Shown here: positions 49,555 to 61,557 of the stretch, in pieces
How positions within the stretch are numbered: position 1 is the stretch's first letter
How the letters are laid out: each line of letters begins with the position of its first letter
NCBI GenBank assembly: GCA_026025075.1
Contig: JAPEUI010000040.1
Location: forward strand, 1 to 64,000
Origin: Vezdaea acicularis
Taxonomy: Eukaryota
Length of the DNA stretch: 64,000 nucleotides
Direction: 5' to 3'
The notes under the pieces: generated by a model
Seen by the model: the letters and a program-made list of their open reading frames with translations, nothing else
Database searches by the model: none
Told to the model about the DNA's origin: nothing
Made by a program: the position numbers and the translations under genes

Positions 49555-51661
49555 ATGGCCTCACTCACTCCATCAAACTCAGACCCGCGACAGATCAAAG
49601 TGCCTCATTCTAGGATGGAAAGGTTCAAAGCTTTGGTGGGGAGTGATGTAGAGATTCCGCTCAGGCTTGCGAAAGGTGAATCATATACACGACCATATCT
49701 CATCGGACTGTGGAACAGCTAACGCTACGGCTGGCAGAGCAAACAAATCCTGTAAAGACGTCATCACGAATTGCTCCAATCCCATATATCAGGCCCAATG
49801 AAGTCCTCTACGAGCCTCACTTGTCTAGCCAAGCTGTAGTGAAGACAGGGTCTGCCGGTATAACGAAATCCCAATATGGAGCTGCCCCAATTCCATCTCA
49901 GGCCAGCGACCCTGAGGAAGCCTCAAGACTGGCTGCAATCGTAGAGTCTTCCATCATGGAGCATTACCAATCGGTCCGCCCGCTAGGTGACCTGACCGCG
50001 CCAGGAACGCTCTTCTGCCCCGTCAAAGCAGTAGAAAAATACCCATATAAATATATGGACAGGAACCTTGGCGAAAAGGTGTCTCAGGCTTTTTTCGCAG
50101 GAGGCAAATTCTGGGAGCGAGATTGGACGCTGTAAGTCGGAGAAGCCCCTTTTGCTAGAACCTACAGCCGCGTATATAAAAGCCAATGGCCTCGACGCTT
50201 TGCGCATGGGCCATCTCACCCTAAGAGAGAAATGCTTTCAATAGTTCGACCGGGGCAGCTAGAAAGGCTTTGCTAATTTTGATAATTCCTAGATACTACC
50301 TTCATACGGAGCCTCATTTCACAGGAAAGCCTTTAGTCCTCGTACAAAGTGCCGAGGTCTTAGCCTTTCTTGCGAAGATTAACCAGTCTCTCGGCTCTCA
50401 CTTAGGTCTTCCAGACGACCCGGATGAGAATGGCTTCCTTGTGGATTTTCTAGATGACGGAACACCTCGTCCACGATTCTTAGGCCTTTCCCACTCTAAA
50501 GCCTTCTACGAAAGGCTGGTGGCGAAGATTCCTGTCAAGGACTTCAAGCCTACGCTAGAAGCTGATATCACCGGCGAGACAGCTGTGAAGCCAGATCAAG
50601 CGGCCCTAGAGGAATACAAGAAGAGGGTTGAAGCTGCAATAGATGCACAGAAGAACAAATCGAAGGCGCAGAGGAAGAAAAGAGAAGAGCAGCGCCTAAA
50701 TCGTGTTCTGAGCTGGGGAAAACAAATGCGAAGGGCCCAAAGCTATCTAGGCCTGCTGGCGAAAACCGCGGGAGGCTTCACGAATCAAGATTCCAAGGAG
50801 CCAAACCCATTAGCTATAGTCGATCCATCATCAGATATTCCGAGCCCTTACTTGACTGAACCTGACGGATCTAATCAAACCCATTTGGACGTGACGTTGG
50901 CCGCGCCCTTCAACTTCGACCAAGCAGTCGTTTTTATCAGCATCGATTGCGAAGCCTGGGAATTCAATCAAAAGACGATCACAGAAATTGGCGTCTCAAC
51001 CCTCGACACGCAAGATCTTGTCGGCGCCCCCCCGGGGGAGGGCGGAAAGGATTGGTTCCCAAAAATCCGCTCCCGGCACTTTCGCATCATCGAGAACGAC
51101 CATCACCGGAACCAGAAGTTCGTCCAAGGCTGCACCGAACGATTTGATTTTGGCAAGTCTGAATTTATCCGCCTCGCCAATGCACCCGCAACTGTAGGGT
51201 CCTGTCTCCGCTGGCCGTACTCTAACCCCGAATTCCTGGACGGGTATGTCTCACGAGAACAGGCCGCCAGCCACGAGACGCGCAAGCTCGTTCTTGTGGG
51301 GCACAGCACCGACGCCGACGTGGCCTACCTGAAGAGCATTGGGTTCGACATTGGCACGAACAAGAACTTTGTCGATGTCATCGACACGGCTCGTTTCCAT
51401 CAGTTCGCCAGGCGCTCCAGGCAGCCTCGGGGTCTGAGAAACGTTCTTCATGATCTGGACATCTCGGCCTGGAATCTTCACAATGCGGGGAACGACGCGA
51501 CTTATACGCTGCAGGCGATGATTGGGCTCGTCTTTCGCCATACGGAGTATCCTGGTGGCTGGAAGGCGGAGGTGGAGGTGCCTGTGGTTGCGGATGGGGA
51601 GCCCGTGGTTGTGGGTGAGGAGCCTCTGGTTGCGGCCGTCGGCGAACCAGTCTCATCTTAG
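49555..51661 (+). CDS. DEDDh exonuclease of the QIP (QDE-2-interacting protein)/Gfd2/YDR514C family; introns at about 49676-49737 and 50132-50292
   Basis: VFISIDCEAWE...ITEIGVSTLDT, RHFRIIEN, LVLVGHSTDADVAYL, VIDT, LHNAGNDATYTLQAM; N-terminal FCPVKAVEKYPYKY...GGKFWERDW. Confidence 0.85.
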
Positions 51662-53959
51662 GAGGAGAGGGGAGGAATAGTCCGCGGTTCAAGATCAGGC
51701 TGGGGGGGCGAATTGCGGGCACTGGTAGCACTGGATGGTAGGCATATAGAAGCACTGCATGGCGTGAAAGGATGAATGCCTCGAGGTTTCACGGGGGTAG
51801 GGCGTCTTCTATCAAGATCGGCGTATGGCAAGGAGGATCTCCCGCCTCTGTCCTGCAAACGACAACGATACCTATGCCTCATAGATAGTACGAAGCGCAT
51901 GATAGTTATCAAAACTCCCTGCAACCTCTCTCGACGTGGCTACTGACACAATGCATATCTATGACACCATTTGAAAATAAATGACATGACGGCGTGCTCG
52001 CTCCTTCTGTCTTTGGCCAGATCAAAACTCTGTGACTCGTGCCTTTAATCGTACGGGGAAAGAAGGCTGTGGAGACGGGTCAGGTGTTCTCGAAAAGACT
52101 TTCTTGGCTTGCTCTAGCCAAAAGAAAAAAGAAAACCACCGCCAAGTCTGGCGCCAGAAGCTGCACCGTAGCCGGAACTCTCACCTCTCGACGTGGCTTG
52201 CGAGCCAGAAAGCCCCGAAAGAGTAGACATGAGTCTCTCCCCGCCTGAACTTTCCTCTGTCCGGCTCTGTTTCCCCCTTGGCCCCCTTGGGTCAACACGC
52301 TCGATCCGGACGCGGGTGGAGTTGCAGCAGTCTGGCCGGATGGGGAAACGACGACCCAGCGGCCTGGCACCCCGTGGGGAACGGTCAGGAACCGTTTCAG
52401 ATATCGTTCGACGGTCAAAGGTATGCAGGAGAGCAGGGGGTGGCACGACGGGGGAGGTCGATGAAACGCGAGGACTTCAGGAGTTTGACGGTGAGGACGA
52501 CGGAAGGGGAAGGGGGGGTTCACCACCGCCGTCAACAGATACACGGCCGCGGCTGCCAAAAGCGAGAGAGCCGGCCGCTTCGAGAGTACCCGCCAAGTGC
52601 TTTGCCGCCGTTACGCTGCTTGGCGTTCGGTCGGGTCAGGAGAGGCACCTCCTTAAACGATCGAGCGGTCGTTTGGTGGTTGTGCCCTAACGAGCGATGC
52701 GGTGCGTCGTGCGCGCCCCGAAGAGGTCTAGCGCCCGATGAGGCCGGCGGGGGCGTCGATGGAGAGACGACAGGGCGCGGCGAGGACGGAGGAGGGGGAG
52801 GGGCGCGCGACGGCCCCGTTGGCCAGCAGCCCTTTGATATTGCGGTCGCATAGCGAATGAGAAGGATGCTAGCCAGCGTCGTCCCTCGAGGGGCTTCGGA
52901 GTCGCTGTCTGCTTGCGGCGAGCTGCTCGACCGTCCGCAGGGATGGCCGCCGCCGATCCGTGTCCGGCCGTGTCGAGTTGCAGTGGGACGTGGCCGTCGT
53001 GATCCCGGCGCGCCCAGTGCGAATCCCTCGAGCCCATCAACATCCCCGGGCCTGAGGAAGCTTCTCTCTCGTGCGCTCTCACTGGGTCCCGGCCCCCCCG
53101 TCAGCACAGCGTAGGGCTCGGGCAGCCCGCGGACGACTTCCCCTCCCCCCTCCCCGATGGCTCGAGAGGGCTGCATCCACGTCGCCGCATCCTTGCGCGC
53201 GCGCACGTCGCAGAACGCGCGCCGTTTCGTCCAGCACACCCTCTCCGCCGTCGTTCGAAGCATCGGCGCAGGGTCGTCGAGGATCGCCGGCCGCTTCGAC
53301 GGGCGCGTCTTGGCCGTGGCCGTGGCCGTGGCCGTGTGCCGACGTGCCCTACCATTTGGCTTTTCCCGGCACAGCAGCGTCTGTCCCCCCCCCCAGGCGA
53401 GCCCTACGGCCCGACCTACTTCCGCCGTTTCCAAAGCAGCCGCCGCCGCCTCCTCCTTCTCCTCCTCCCTCCCCGACCCCCGACATCGCCGCTCCATTCG
53501 GCTCCCCGTTCGCGTGGGCTTACCGTCGCCCGGACCGTCGAGCTCTTGGCAATCCGCGAGCACCACCACGGGGCCCCCTCATCCGCGAGAATACAAGTAT
53601 CGAGGAGTGTCCGCCCGGTCGACGCTGCATACGCTCGACATAGAAACAGATTCATCCTCATCCGCCGAACCATTTCTCCCCCGTGCTCCCCTCTTCCGTC
53701 TCCATTGCCGACCAGACCTTCTCACCCGCAACAGCTCCGCACCGTCCTGTCTTCTCAATCCGGGAGAAAGCTTCACATCCGCTCTTCGGCATCCCCGCCA
53801 ACCCCACCTCGCCCGCACCGGAAGAAAAAAACCCGCAAGGAGGATCAATCTCGCGGTCTGCATTCCGAGAGGGCCGTCGATCAGATTCATCGCCGCGGTC
53901 TGTCCGCGTTCGTTCATCTTTCTCGACCTCGCCCGATTCCCCTCCCGCCCAGCGCCAGC

Positions 53960-55193
53960 ATGCAAAACTCGCATCTCGACTACAACTATTTTGCGGGGCC
54001 CCCGCAACCCTACCAATTCGCGAACCTGGGCCTCTCCGATCTGCCACCCACCCCGACGGGCACGCACGGCCAACAAGCCGACAACTACCCCGATGGCTCT
54101 CCTCCCGTAAGCCCCCTCTTGTCCTCAATTAAAAGAAACAAAAACTTCCTTTTCAAACTCGGAAAATCCCCTCTAACCTTTCTCCTGGAAATTGTAGGAA
54201 TACGAACCCTTCCAGTCCTTCACGAACCCCTTCCCGCGCTCCTTCGACGCCCACGGCCACGTGCTCGCCGAGAAGGAGATCTCGCACGCGCCGGACCTGC
54301 TCGACCTGCACGCCCTCAACGAGCTCCAGAACAATGGCGCCGCCGATAACGACATCGATAGCATGCAGAACCAGCGCAGCAGCAGCGAGGAGAAGGAGCC
54401 CCTCACGCCCGCGCAGTCGCGGCGGAAGGCGCAGAACCGAGCCGCGTGAGTTTTTTTTCTACATTTTATATCGCTGATGGGTTGTGGTTGTGCGCGGGCT
54501 TTGTCGTAGCCATTGCTCCTTTCAATTGCTACTTTTTCTCGCTCTCACTCTCACTTTCTCTATCTTTACTAACACACATATCCCAGCCAACGCGCCTTCC
54601 GCGAACGCAAAGAACGCCGCGTCAAAGACCTCGAATCGAAACTCACCAACCTGGAAACCGCGTCCAGCAACCTCGCCGGCGAGAACCAGCGTCTAAAGCA
54701 AGAACTGCACCGCCTCTCCACCGAGAACGAGATCCTCAAAGCCACCTCCGCCCACCACCATCATCGAAGCACCAGCACCAGCAGCGCCTCCAACCCCACC
54801 TCTACAAACTCCACCTCCACCAACCCCTCCTCCTCTTCCTCCACCTCCAACCGCCGCACAACCCCCACCCCCCCACCTCCGGTCCTCGGGCCCATGACCT
54901 ACTCCCCCACCCAATTCTACACCTCCGTCCTCTCCTCCCACTCCAACAAAGTCCCCACCCACCGCATCACCATCAGCGAGCTGACCGGCGAGCGCCTCCT
55001 CGACGCCGGCGCCGCCTGGGATCTCATCCACGCCCACCCCTTGTTCGGGAAGGGCCTCATCGATGTCGCGGACGTCTGTGAGCGGTTGAAGATTAAGGCC
55101 ACTTGTGATGGCCAGGGGCCCGTTTTTCAGGAGGGCGATGTGAAGGAGGCTATTGAGGCTTGTGCTAAGGGGGGAGGGGATGAATTGATTTAG
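53960..55193 (+). CDS. Yap-like bZIP transcription factor (Fcr3/RsmA type); exons 53960-54106, 54198-54445, 54587-55193
   Basis: RSSSEEKEPLTPAQSRRKAQNRA|AQRAFRERKERRVKDLESKL leucine zipper; C-terminal GERLLDAGAAWDLI...CDGQGPVF. Confidence 0.92.
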
Positions 55194-55668
55194 TGGGGGG
55201 GGGGTGGATGACGATTTCTCATCTGGCATGGCGTTTTTTTTTTCGGGCTTGTTGATGTTGTTTTTGCTTCGCCGTGTTTTTCTGTCCAGTATTTGTCCGG
55301 CGGGCGGCCTCTCCCCTGTATTCCACCAGCGTACTCCCTTCCATTTCTTCTCTCACCGGCGGCCGAAAACCAGATTCGCGCCCACTCTGTACTGCTAAAC
55401 TCGTCCTCGTATTATTATTTTACTACTGCTGCTTTGATCTGATCAGATGATATCGTCACTCTCCCCCCTCCATTTTCCCCACTCCCTAGCCACCCATCCC
55501 CATCCCCCTCCCCTGACTCCCTGGACCCAGGCGTCCTGGGGATGCAAGAATGACGCTAACCCCCTCTCGGCCCAGCCCTAAACTCAGGTTCCACCCATAC
55601 TGACCTGCCCAACTCTTTTCTCGCGGGGGGGGGGCAGAGGGGGCGCCACTTTCTGCATGGGGTTAGTC

Positions 55669-56101
55669 GTGGTGGTGGTGGTGGTGGTGTCGAGTCGTGA
55701 GTGGTGGTGGTGTTCAGTAGGTGCCTATGTAGTACCAACTTTGTCCAGTCGCCGCAGCGCAACAACAAACACCCCCATCACCCTTTCTCAAGTAGAGCGC
55801 AAGTGCGGTTCCTCGCGAGCATGTCCTAAACCGGACTATGTGGTCCTATACTTCTTGTGGTTTGGGTCAGGGGGTTAGTTGGTGTCTCGATCTGGCGAAC
55901 TTTTTGGGGTTCGCGTGGAGCGGCGCGAAAGGGGAAGAGGAGGGTCGACGCCGCTTGTGCCGCAGACGGGAACTTGGAGGTCGGTTCTTCGAGGACGGGG
56001 GAGAAGGGGAGGGAGGGGAGGGTAGTGGCTTGGCGGGTGCGGGTGCGGGAGCGATGAGGTCATTGCGAGGAGTCTGGGGTGGTGGTGGTGGTGGTGGTGG
56101 T
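55669..56101. repeat. Two (GGT)n microsatellites (about 55669-55690 and 56078-56101) in the convergent bZIP/PLP2 intergenic region
   Basis: Direct reading of GGT triplet runs. Confidence 0.8.
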
Positions 56102-56393
56102 ATAACGACAAAGTGGAGTGAACTGACGTGTCCGGGAACCGGGGGGAAGCTCGGACGAAGGAGAGGAACAGGGCGGGTAGGGCAGAGGACTCTGCCCTAC
56201 CGGAAGCGCGTGGAACTACTGCATCTTGTGCGCGAGTTAAGGGGGGCCGATCGCGGGAAGAAGACGAAAGGAAGGGAGGGAGGGGCCGTGGTGGGTAAGG
56301 AGGGTTTCGGGGATGCTTCAGATCACGGCGGGGCCGGAGAGGGGATGGAAGGTGGTCATAGGGCTGAGAGAGCTAGGCGAGTTGCGGGTGTGA

Positions 56394-57332
56394 CTAGTCC
56401 CAGTCGTCGCCGTCGTCGCTGGCGGCCTCGCCAATCGTTGCGCGCGCCCGGATCGCCGTGTTGGTGGCGTCGCGTGGAGAGGCGGATTCGCGGACGAGGC
56501 GACGGTCGCGGGGGGAGAGGGCGCCGATGGACACGAGTAATTGCTCCACGTCTGGAAGAGGGGGACGCTGATTAGCGGAATGGTCGATAGAGGACGAATG
56601 GAAGATGCAAGAGGGGGCTTACCGTGTATTTTTGTCTGTCGGCCGTTCAACTCCTGGAGAGTCACGAGTTGTTTGACGATTTCTTCGTCGTGGTACACGA
56701 GGATGGTGGGACAGTTCTTGTCGGGGTACCCTTCGATGCACATGTCGCCCCGGATCTCGCAGAACTTGATATCCCCGTACTTCCGCGCTGCTTCTCTCCA
56801 CAGCTCCGACAGCACGCGCGATTCCGTGTTCGCGCCGTGCGAGGAAGTCAGATGGACGAGCACGAATGCAGCCTTGGATGCTTCCGTGACGTCCCGCGCA
56901 TAGTCGGGCTTCTGGATGGGGTAAACCTGGTTGAAGACCGACGCGCTTTGCAAGGTCGAGAGTTCCTGCATCCGCTGTTTTCTAGAACTTCGTCAGGTTT
57001 CGGCTGGGGAATGCGGACCGCGCAATTATTAGAGCTGTCTGACCTGTACTTCTCCAAGAACGCCTCGTCTTCATCATCTTCTAGTTCGTCTAGCTCTTCG
57101 AGGTTCTTGCCCTCGAGTCTGTTTTCGTGTGCGAGCTGTTGCGCTTGCGCGAGAGCCTCCTCAATCATGGGAGTAGGCGACGGAGGCTTCTCTGGTATAA
57201 CGCCATGCTTGCGGAGAATGTCGTTCCTGTGACTGTAAGCAAAAGTACGCAAACTGCGAGGCCTCTTAAATATATTTACCATTCCGTATCAGCATTAGGA
57301 TCATCAACCGGGACATTGACTGGCATATCCAT
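56394..57332 (-). CDS. PLP2: Phosducin-like protein 2 (PDCL3/Plp2), three introns
   Basis: DPNADTEW|NDILRKHGVIPEKPP, LDELEDDEDEAFLEKYR, DYARDVTEAS, CIEGYPDKNCPTILVY, acidic C-terminus DDGDDWD*. Confidence 0.95.
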
Positions 57333-57746
57333 CTTTTGCTGGTAATAGTGGAAGAAAAGCTGCTGCCTTCCTTCTCTGGATTTCGTTCTTCGCTGACGAC
57401 GCCCTCGGCTGAAAGTTTGCTCAATGTTTGATTCAATCTTGCCAAGCATCGTGCACACTAGCCCCTTCTGGCTGAAGCGCACAGGAGACATCGCAACAAT
57501 TAAATCCCTTATGAGTTGGCCGGATGAGTTGAAGAACCACATTGATTCCAAAGGTCTTTAGATATGCAATTTCTTTTCTAAGTCCATGGGCTACGCGGAG
57601 CAACTCGGACTTCCCTTGCGATACCTACGGTCTGCGTTGTAGCCCTTTTCACATTGCTCCCAATCGCCCGCAGGGTGTCAGATCGCTAAAAGCCCACGCT
57701 CGGGCAGCTTGATTGAGCGCCTGGGTCGGGGCGGCCACAATACAAG

Positions 57747-60741
57747 ATGAGCTACGCAAAGAAGGACGAAGATGGAGACCTAGCCATGGTGAAGGTCGAT
57801 CGGACTTCGGTCTTCCAGGAAGGCAAGTAAATCGGCATCCCCGCCATGAGATACCATTATCTGATACCTTCCCAGCGCGGCTCTTCAACTCGTCTCCAAT
57901 CTCTCCACGAAGATGTCGGATTCTTCTCACGAAGCTTGCCCTTCTCCTCTTCACGGGGGAGAAGTTTCCCACCAACGAGGCTACGGATCTGTTCTTTGGA
58001 ATCACAAAACTCTTCCAGAACAAAGACCCCAGTCTTCGGCAGATGGTCTATTTGGTTATGAAGGAGCTCGCGAATACGGCGGAAAACGTGATCATGATAA
58101 CGCAGAGCATCATGAAGGATACCGCAGTTGGCAGTGATGTTCTATACAGGGCGAATGCGATACGGGCTCTGTGCCGCATCATAGACGTAAGGGCACAAGC
58201 AGTCTCTCCGTAGCTTCCTCAAATTAACACACCCCTTTCTAGGCTTCTACTGTTCAGGCCATCGAACGACTCATCAAAACTGCCATCGTCGACAAAGTTC
58301 CGTCCGTCTCTTCCGCGGCTCTTGTTTCGTCATACCATCTACTGCCGATTGCCAGAGATGTCGTTCGAAGATGGCAGAGTGAAACCCAGGAAGCAGCTTC
58401 GGCTGCCAAGGGGGGTTCTGGCTTCTCGCTGGGTTTCTCTACAGGAAGCTCTCATAGTGCCCCTGTTGCTAATACGGGCTATATGACCCAATACCATGCT
58501 ATCGGTCTCCTATATCAGATGCGATCCCACGATCGTATGGCCTTAGTCAAGATGGTACAACAATTTGGGGCCTCGGGTGCTGTGCGGAGTCCTGCTGCTC
58601 TAATACTGTTGGTCCGGTTGGCTGCCAAACTGGCAGAAGAAGACCAAAACTTACGAAAGCCGATGATGTCACTGTTAGAAGGTTTCCTTCGGCATAAAAG
58701 CGAGATGGTCAACTTCGAGGCTGCTAAATGCATATGCGATTTGCGGGATGTCACGGATGCTGAAATAACGATGGTCGTAAACATCCTCCAGATTTTCCTA
58801 ACGTCTCCTCGAACAGTCACAAAATTCGCTGCTATTCGCATCCTGTACAATATCGCCTCTTTCCGGCCTCACACAGTTCTTACGGTCAATCCAGACATAG
58901 AATCTCTAATCACACATAATAACCGCTCAGTCGCGACCCTAGCAATTACCACTCTCCTCAAGACAGGCAATGAAAATAGTGTCGACCGCTTGATGAAGCA
59001 AATTTCGGGGTTCATGGCCGATATCACAGACGAGTTCAAGATCACGATCGTAGAGGCTATTCGGACACTGTGTCTCAAGTTTCCAAGCAAGCAGGCTGGT
59101 ATGCTCGCTTTTCTCAGCGGCATCCTTCGTGATGAAGGAGGCTATGAATTCAAGCGAGCTGTGGTGGAGAGCATGTTTGACCTTATCAAATTCGTACCTG
59201 ACAGTAAAGAAGATGGTAAGCCTTATGATAGCCAAGGTTTTTGAATGTCACTAATTTCTGCAGCCCTTGCACACCTCTGTGAGTTCATCGAGGATTGTGA
59301 GTTCACGAAGCTCGCTGTCCGTATTCTCCACCTTCTAGGCGTCGAAGGACCAAAGACCTCACAACCTACGAAATACATTCGTTACATCTACAATCGTGTC
59401 GTCCTAGAGAATGCTGTAGTACGTGCAGCTGCTGTTACAGCGTTAGCCAAATTTGGCGTGGGCCAAAAAGATGCCGAGGTTAAGAGAAGTGTAACCGTAC
59501 TCCTCACACGGTGCTTAGATGACACAGATGACGAAGTGCGAGACCGAGCTGCTCTGAATTTGCGGCTTATGACAGAGGAAGACGATATGGCTATTCGATT
59601 CATCAAGAATGATTCGATGTTCTCGTTGCCAGTCTTTGAGCATCAGCTGGTCATGTACGTGACCGCGAGTAATAAAGAAGCCTTTGCTAGCCCGTTCGAT
59701 ATATCGACCGTCCCGATCGTTACCCGAGAGCAGGCCGATGCAGAAGACCGAACGAAGAAGCTTACAACAGCAACTCCCACGCTCAAGGCGCCAAGTACTG
59801 GGCCGAAGAAAGCAGCGCCTAGTACAGGCGCCGAGGCGGTTGCATCAGCTGCCGCTGCTTCAGAAAAATACTCCAAACAACTCTCTTCTATCCCTGAAAT
59901 CAAAGCATTCGGCGCAATTCTCAAGTCATCTCCGGTTGTGGAGCTGACGGAATCAGAAACCGAATACGTTGTCACAGCAGTGAAGCATGTTTTCAAGGAG
60001 CACATCGTCCTTCAGTATGACGTTGAGAATACTGTACCGACCTGTGTTCTTGAGAACGTTACCATAGTAGCAACGCCGTCGGAAGAAGATGAGGATGTAG
60101 TTCTCGAGGATGAGTTTGTCATCCCGGTCGCAAAGCTGGCTGTAAACGAGCCGGGCACAATCTACGTTTCATTCAAGAAGGGTGATGAGAGCACATTCCC
60201 GGCCACGAGCTTCACCAATGTTCTCAAGTTCACCATCAAGGAGATAGACCCTACGACCGGAGAACCCGAAGAAGGAGGCTACGAGGACGACTATGAAGTC
60301 GAAGATTTGGAGCTTACGGGGAGCGATTACATTGTTCCGGCTTTTGCTGGAAGCTTCAACCACGTCTGGGAGCAGATTGGCGCTGCTGGTGATGAAGCTC
60401 AAGAAACACTTCAGCTTAGCAGTATTAAGAGCATCGCAGGTAAGACTTCCCATATTATAACAGAAGGCCCCCCACCCTGTTTTAGAAGTCAGGCTAACGT
60501 TCGTGAAGATGCTACCGAACAATTGGCAAAGACTCTTTCCTTACAGCCACTGGACGGCACAGATGTACCAGTCAACACCAGCACACATACCCTGAAACTG
60601 CTAGGGAGAACGGTCACAGGCGGAAAGGTTGCTGCAAATATCAAAATGGCTTATTCCGCCAAGTCGGGCGTGACGACGAAAATCGTGGTCCGCAGCGAGG
60701 AGCAAGGAGTGGCGGCGCTAGTCATTGGCTCCGTTGCGTAG
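57747..60741 (+). CDS. SEC21: Coatomer gamma subunit; introns 57823-57875 (GC-AG), about 58187-58242, about 59216-59263, and 60440-60508
   Basis: MSYAKKDED...VFQE|ARLFNSSPISPRRCR, LFFGITKLFQ, DEGGYEFK, LCEFIEDCEF, IYNRVVLEN, LTESETEYVV. Confidence 0.97.
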
Positions 60742-61557
60742 AAGGAGCGCCCTGGCGCCTTCTCAGCCCGATGGCGGCGTATCTTCGAACACAAGAAGGT
60801 GCCTTGAGAATGGTCTCTGTGAATGCTAGTTCCGAAGACCTCGTGTAGAATCTGTGAATCTGAGCTTGAGCATTTTGGGGGCGTGTATTGTTTTGCAGCG
60901 AAAATGACAATGTGCTGTTGCACAATGTCGTACAATTAGATGTTCCATGAATCAAATCATTTTAACAAGTCACTGAAGCGGAACTGCAGGTGTTTTCCCC
61001 TTCCCCTCTCCCTTCTCCACCAACCCTCAACACGCAAACGCATAGAAAGTTGACCTCGTAGAGCCGGGGCTGTGTGGAAGATACAATCTGCTCTACGTAG
61101 CTCTGCGCGACGAGCGGCAATCACTCCACTCCAGTTCCTCTCCCACTCCACTCCAGTCCCAGTCTCACTGGACTCTCCCCGATGGCGAAGAATCTCCCGC
61201 GACCGTCGCTGCATTTTGGAGAGTTAGAGAGAGAGGGATGTACTGCTTGTGTCCGATGTTGCGTTCATTGTTTTTTTCGATCGAAGTATTCTGTTCAGAG
61301 TGTCCCGTTCAATGCGTCCAATTTTTTTGGATCAGCGTTGTCCGATAGGCTCATTACAATTTAATCCTTGCACCCGCAACAAATTGATGGCGCCAAGTCT
61401 AGAAACGAGAACTGATTCTAGACCAAGTTTTCGCTTGTGACGTACCAAGATTCCAGTCGCGATCACCGTCGCGTTCCCCCGGAAGCTGTGCAACTCTCGA
61501 CTTCATCGCAACGGCCACGCTTCTAGACCTAGCGCTGTCTGAGTGCAAGTCTCCAAG

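Noticed and set aside
33277..50172. 12-mer CCTACAGCCGCG shared by the CK1 first intron and the exonuclease second intron
   Set aside because: A single 12-nt match within 64 kb is not beyond chance.
52080..53673. Dense overlapping ORFs up to 345 aa on both strands
   Set aside because: GC-rich, stop-poor regulatory DNA giving Arg/Pro/Gly-rich translations with no domain.
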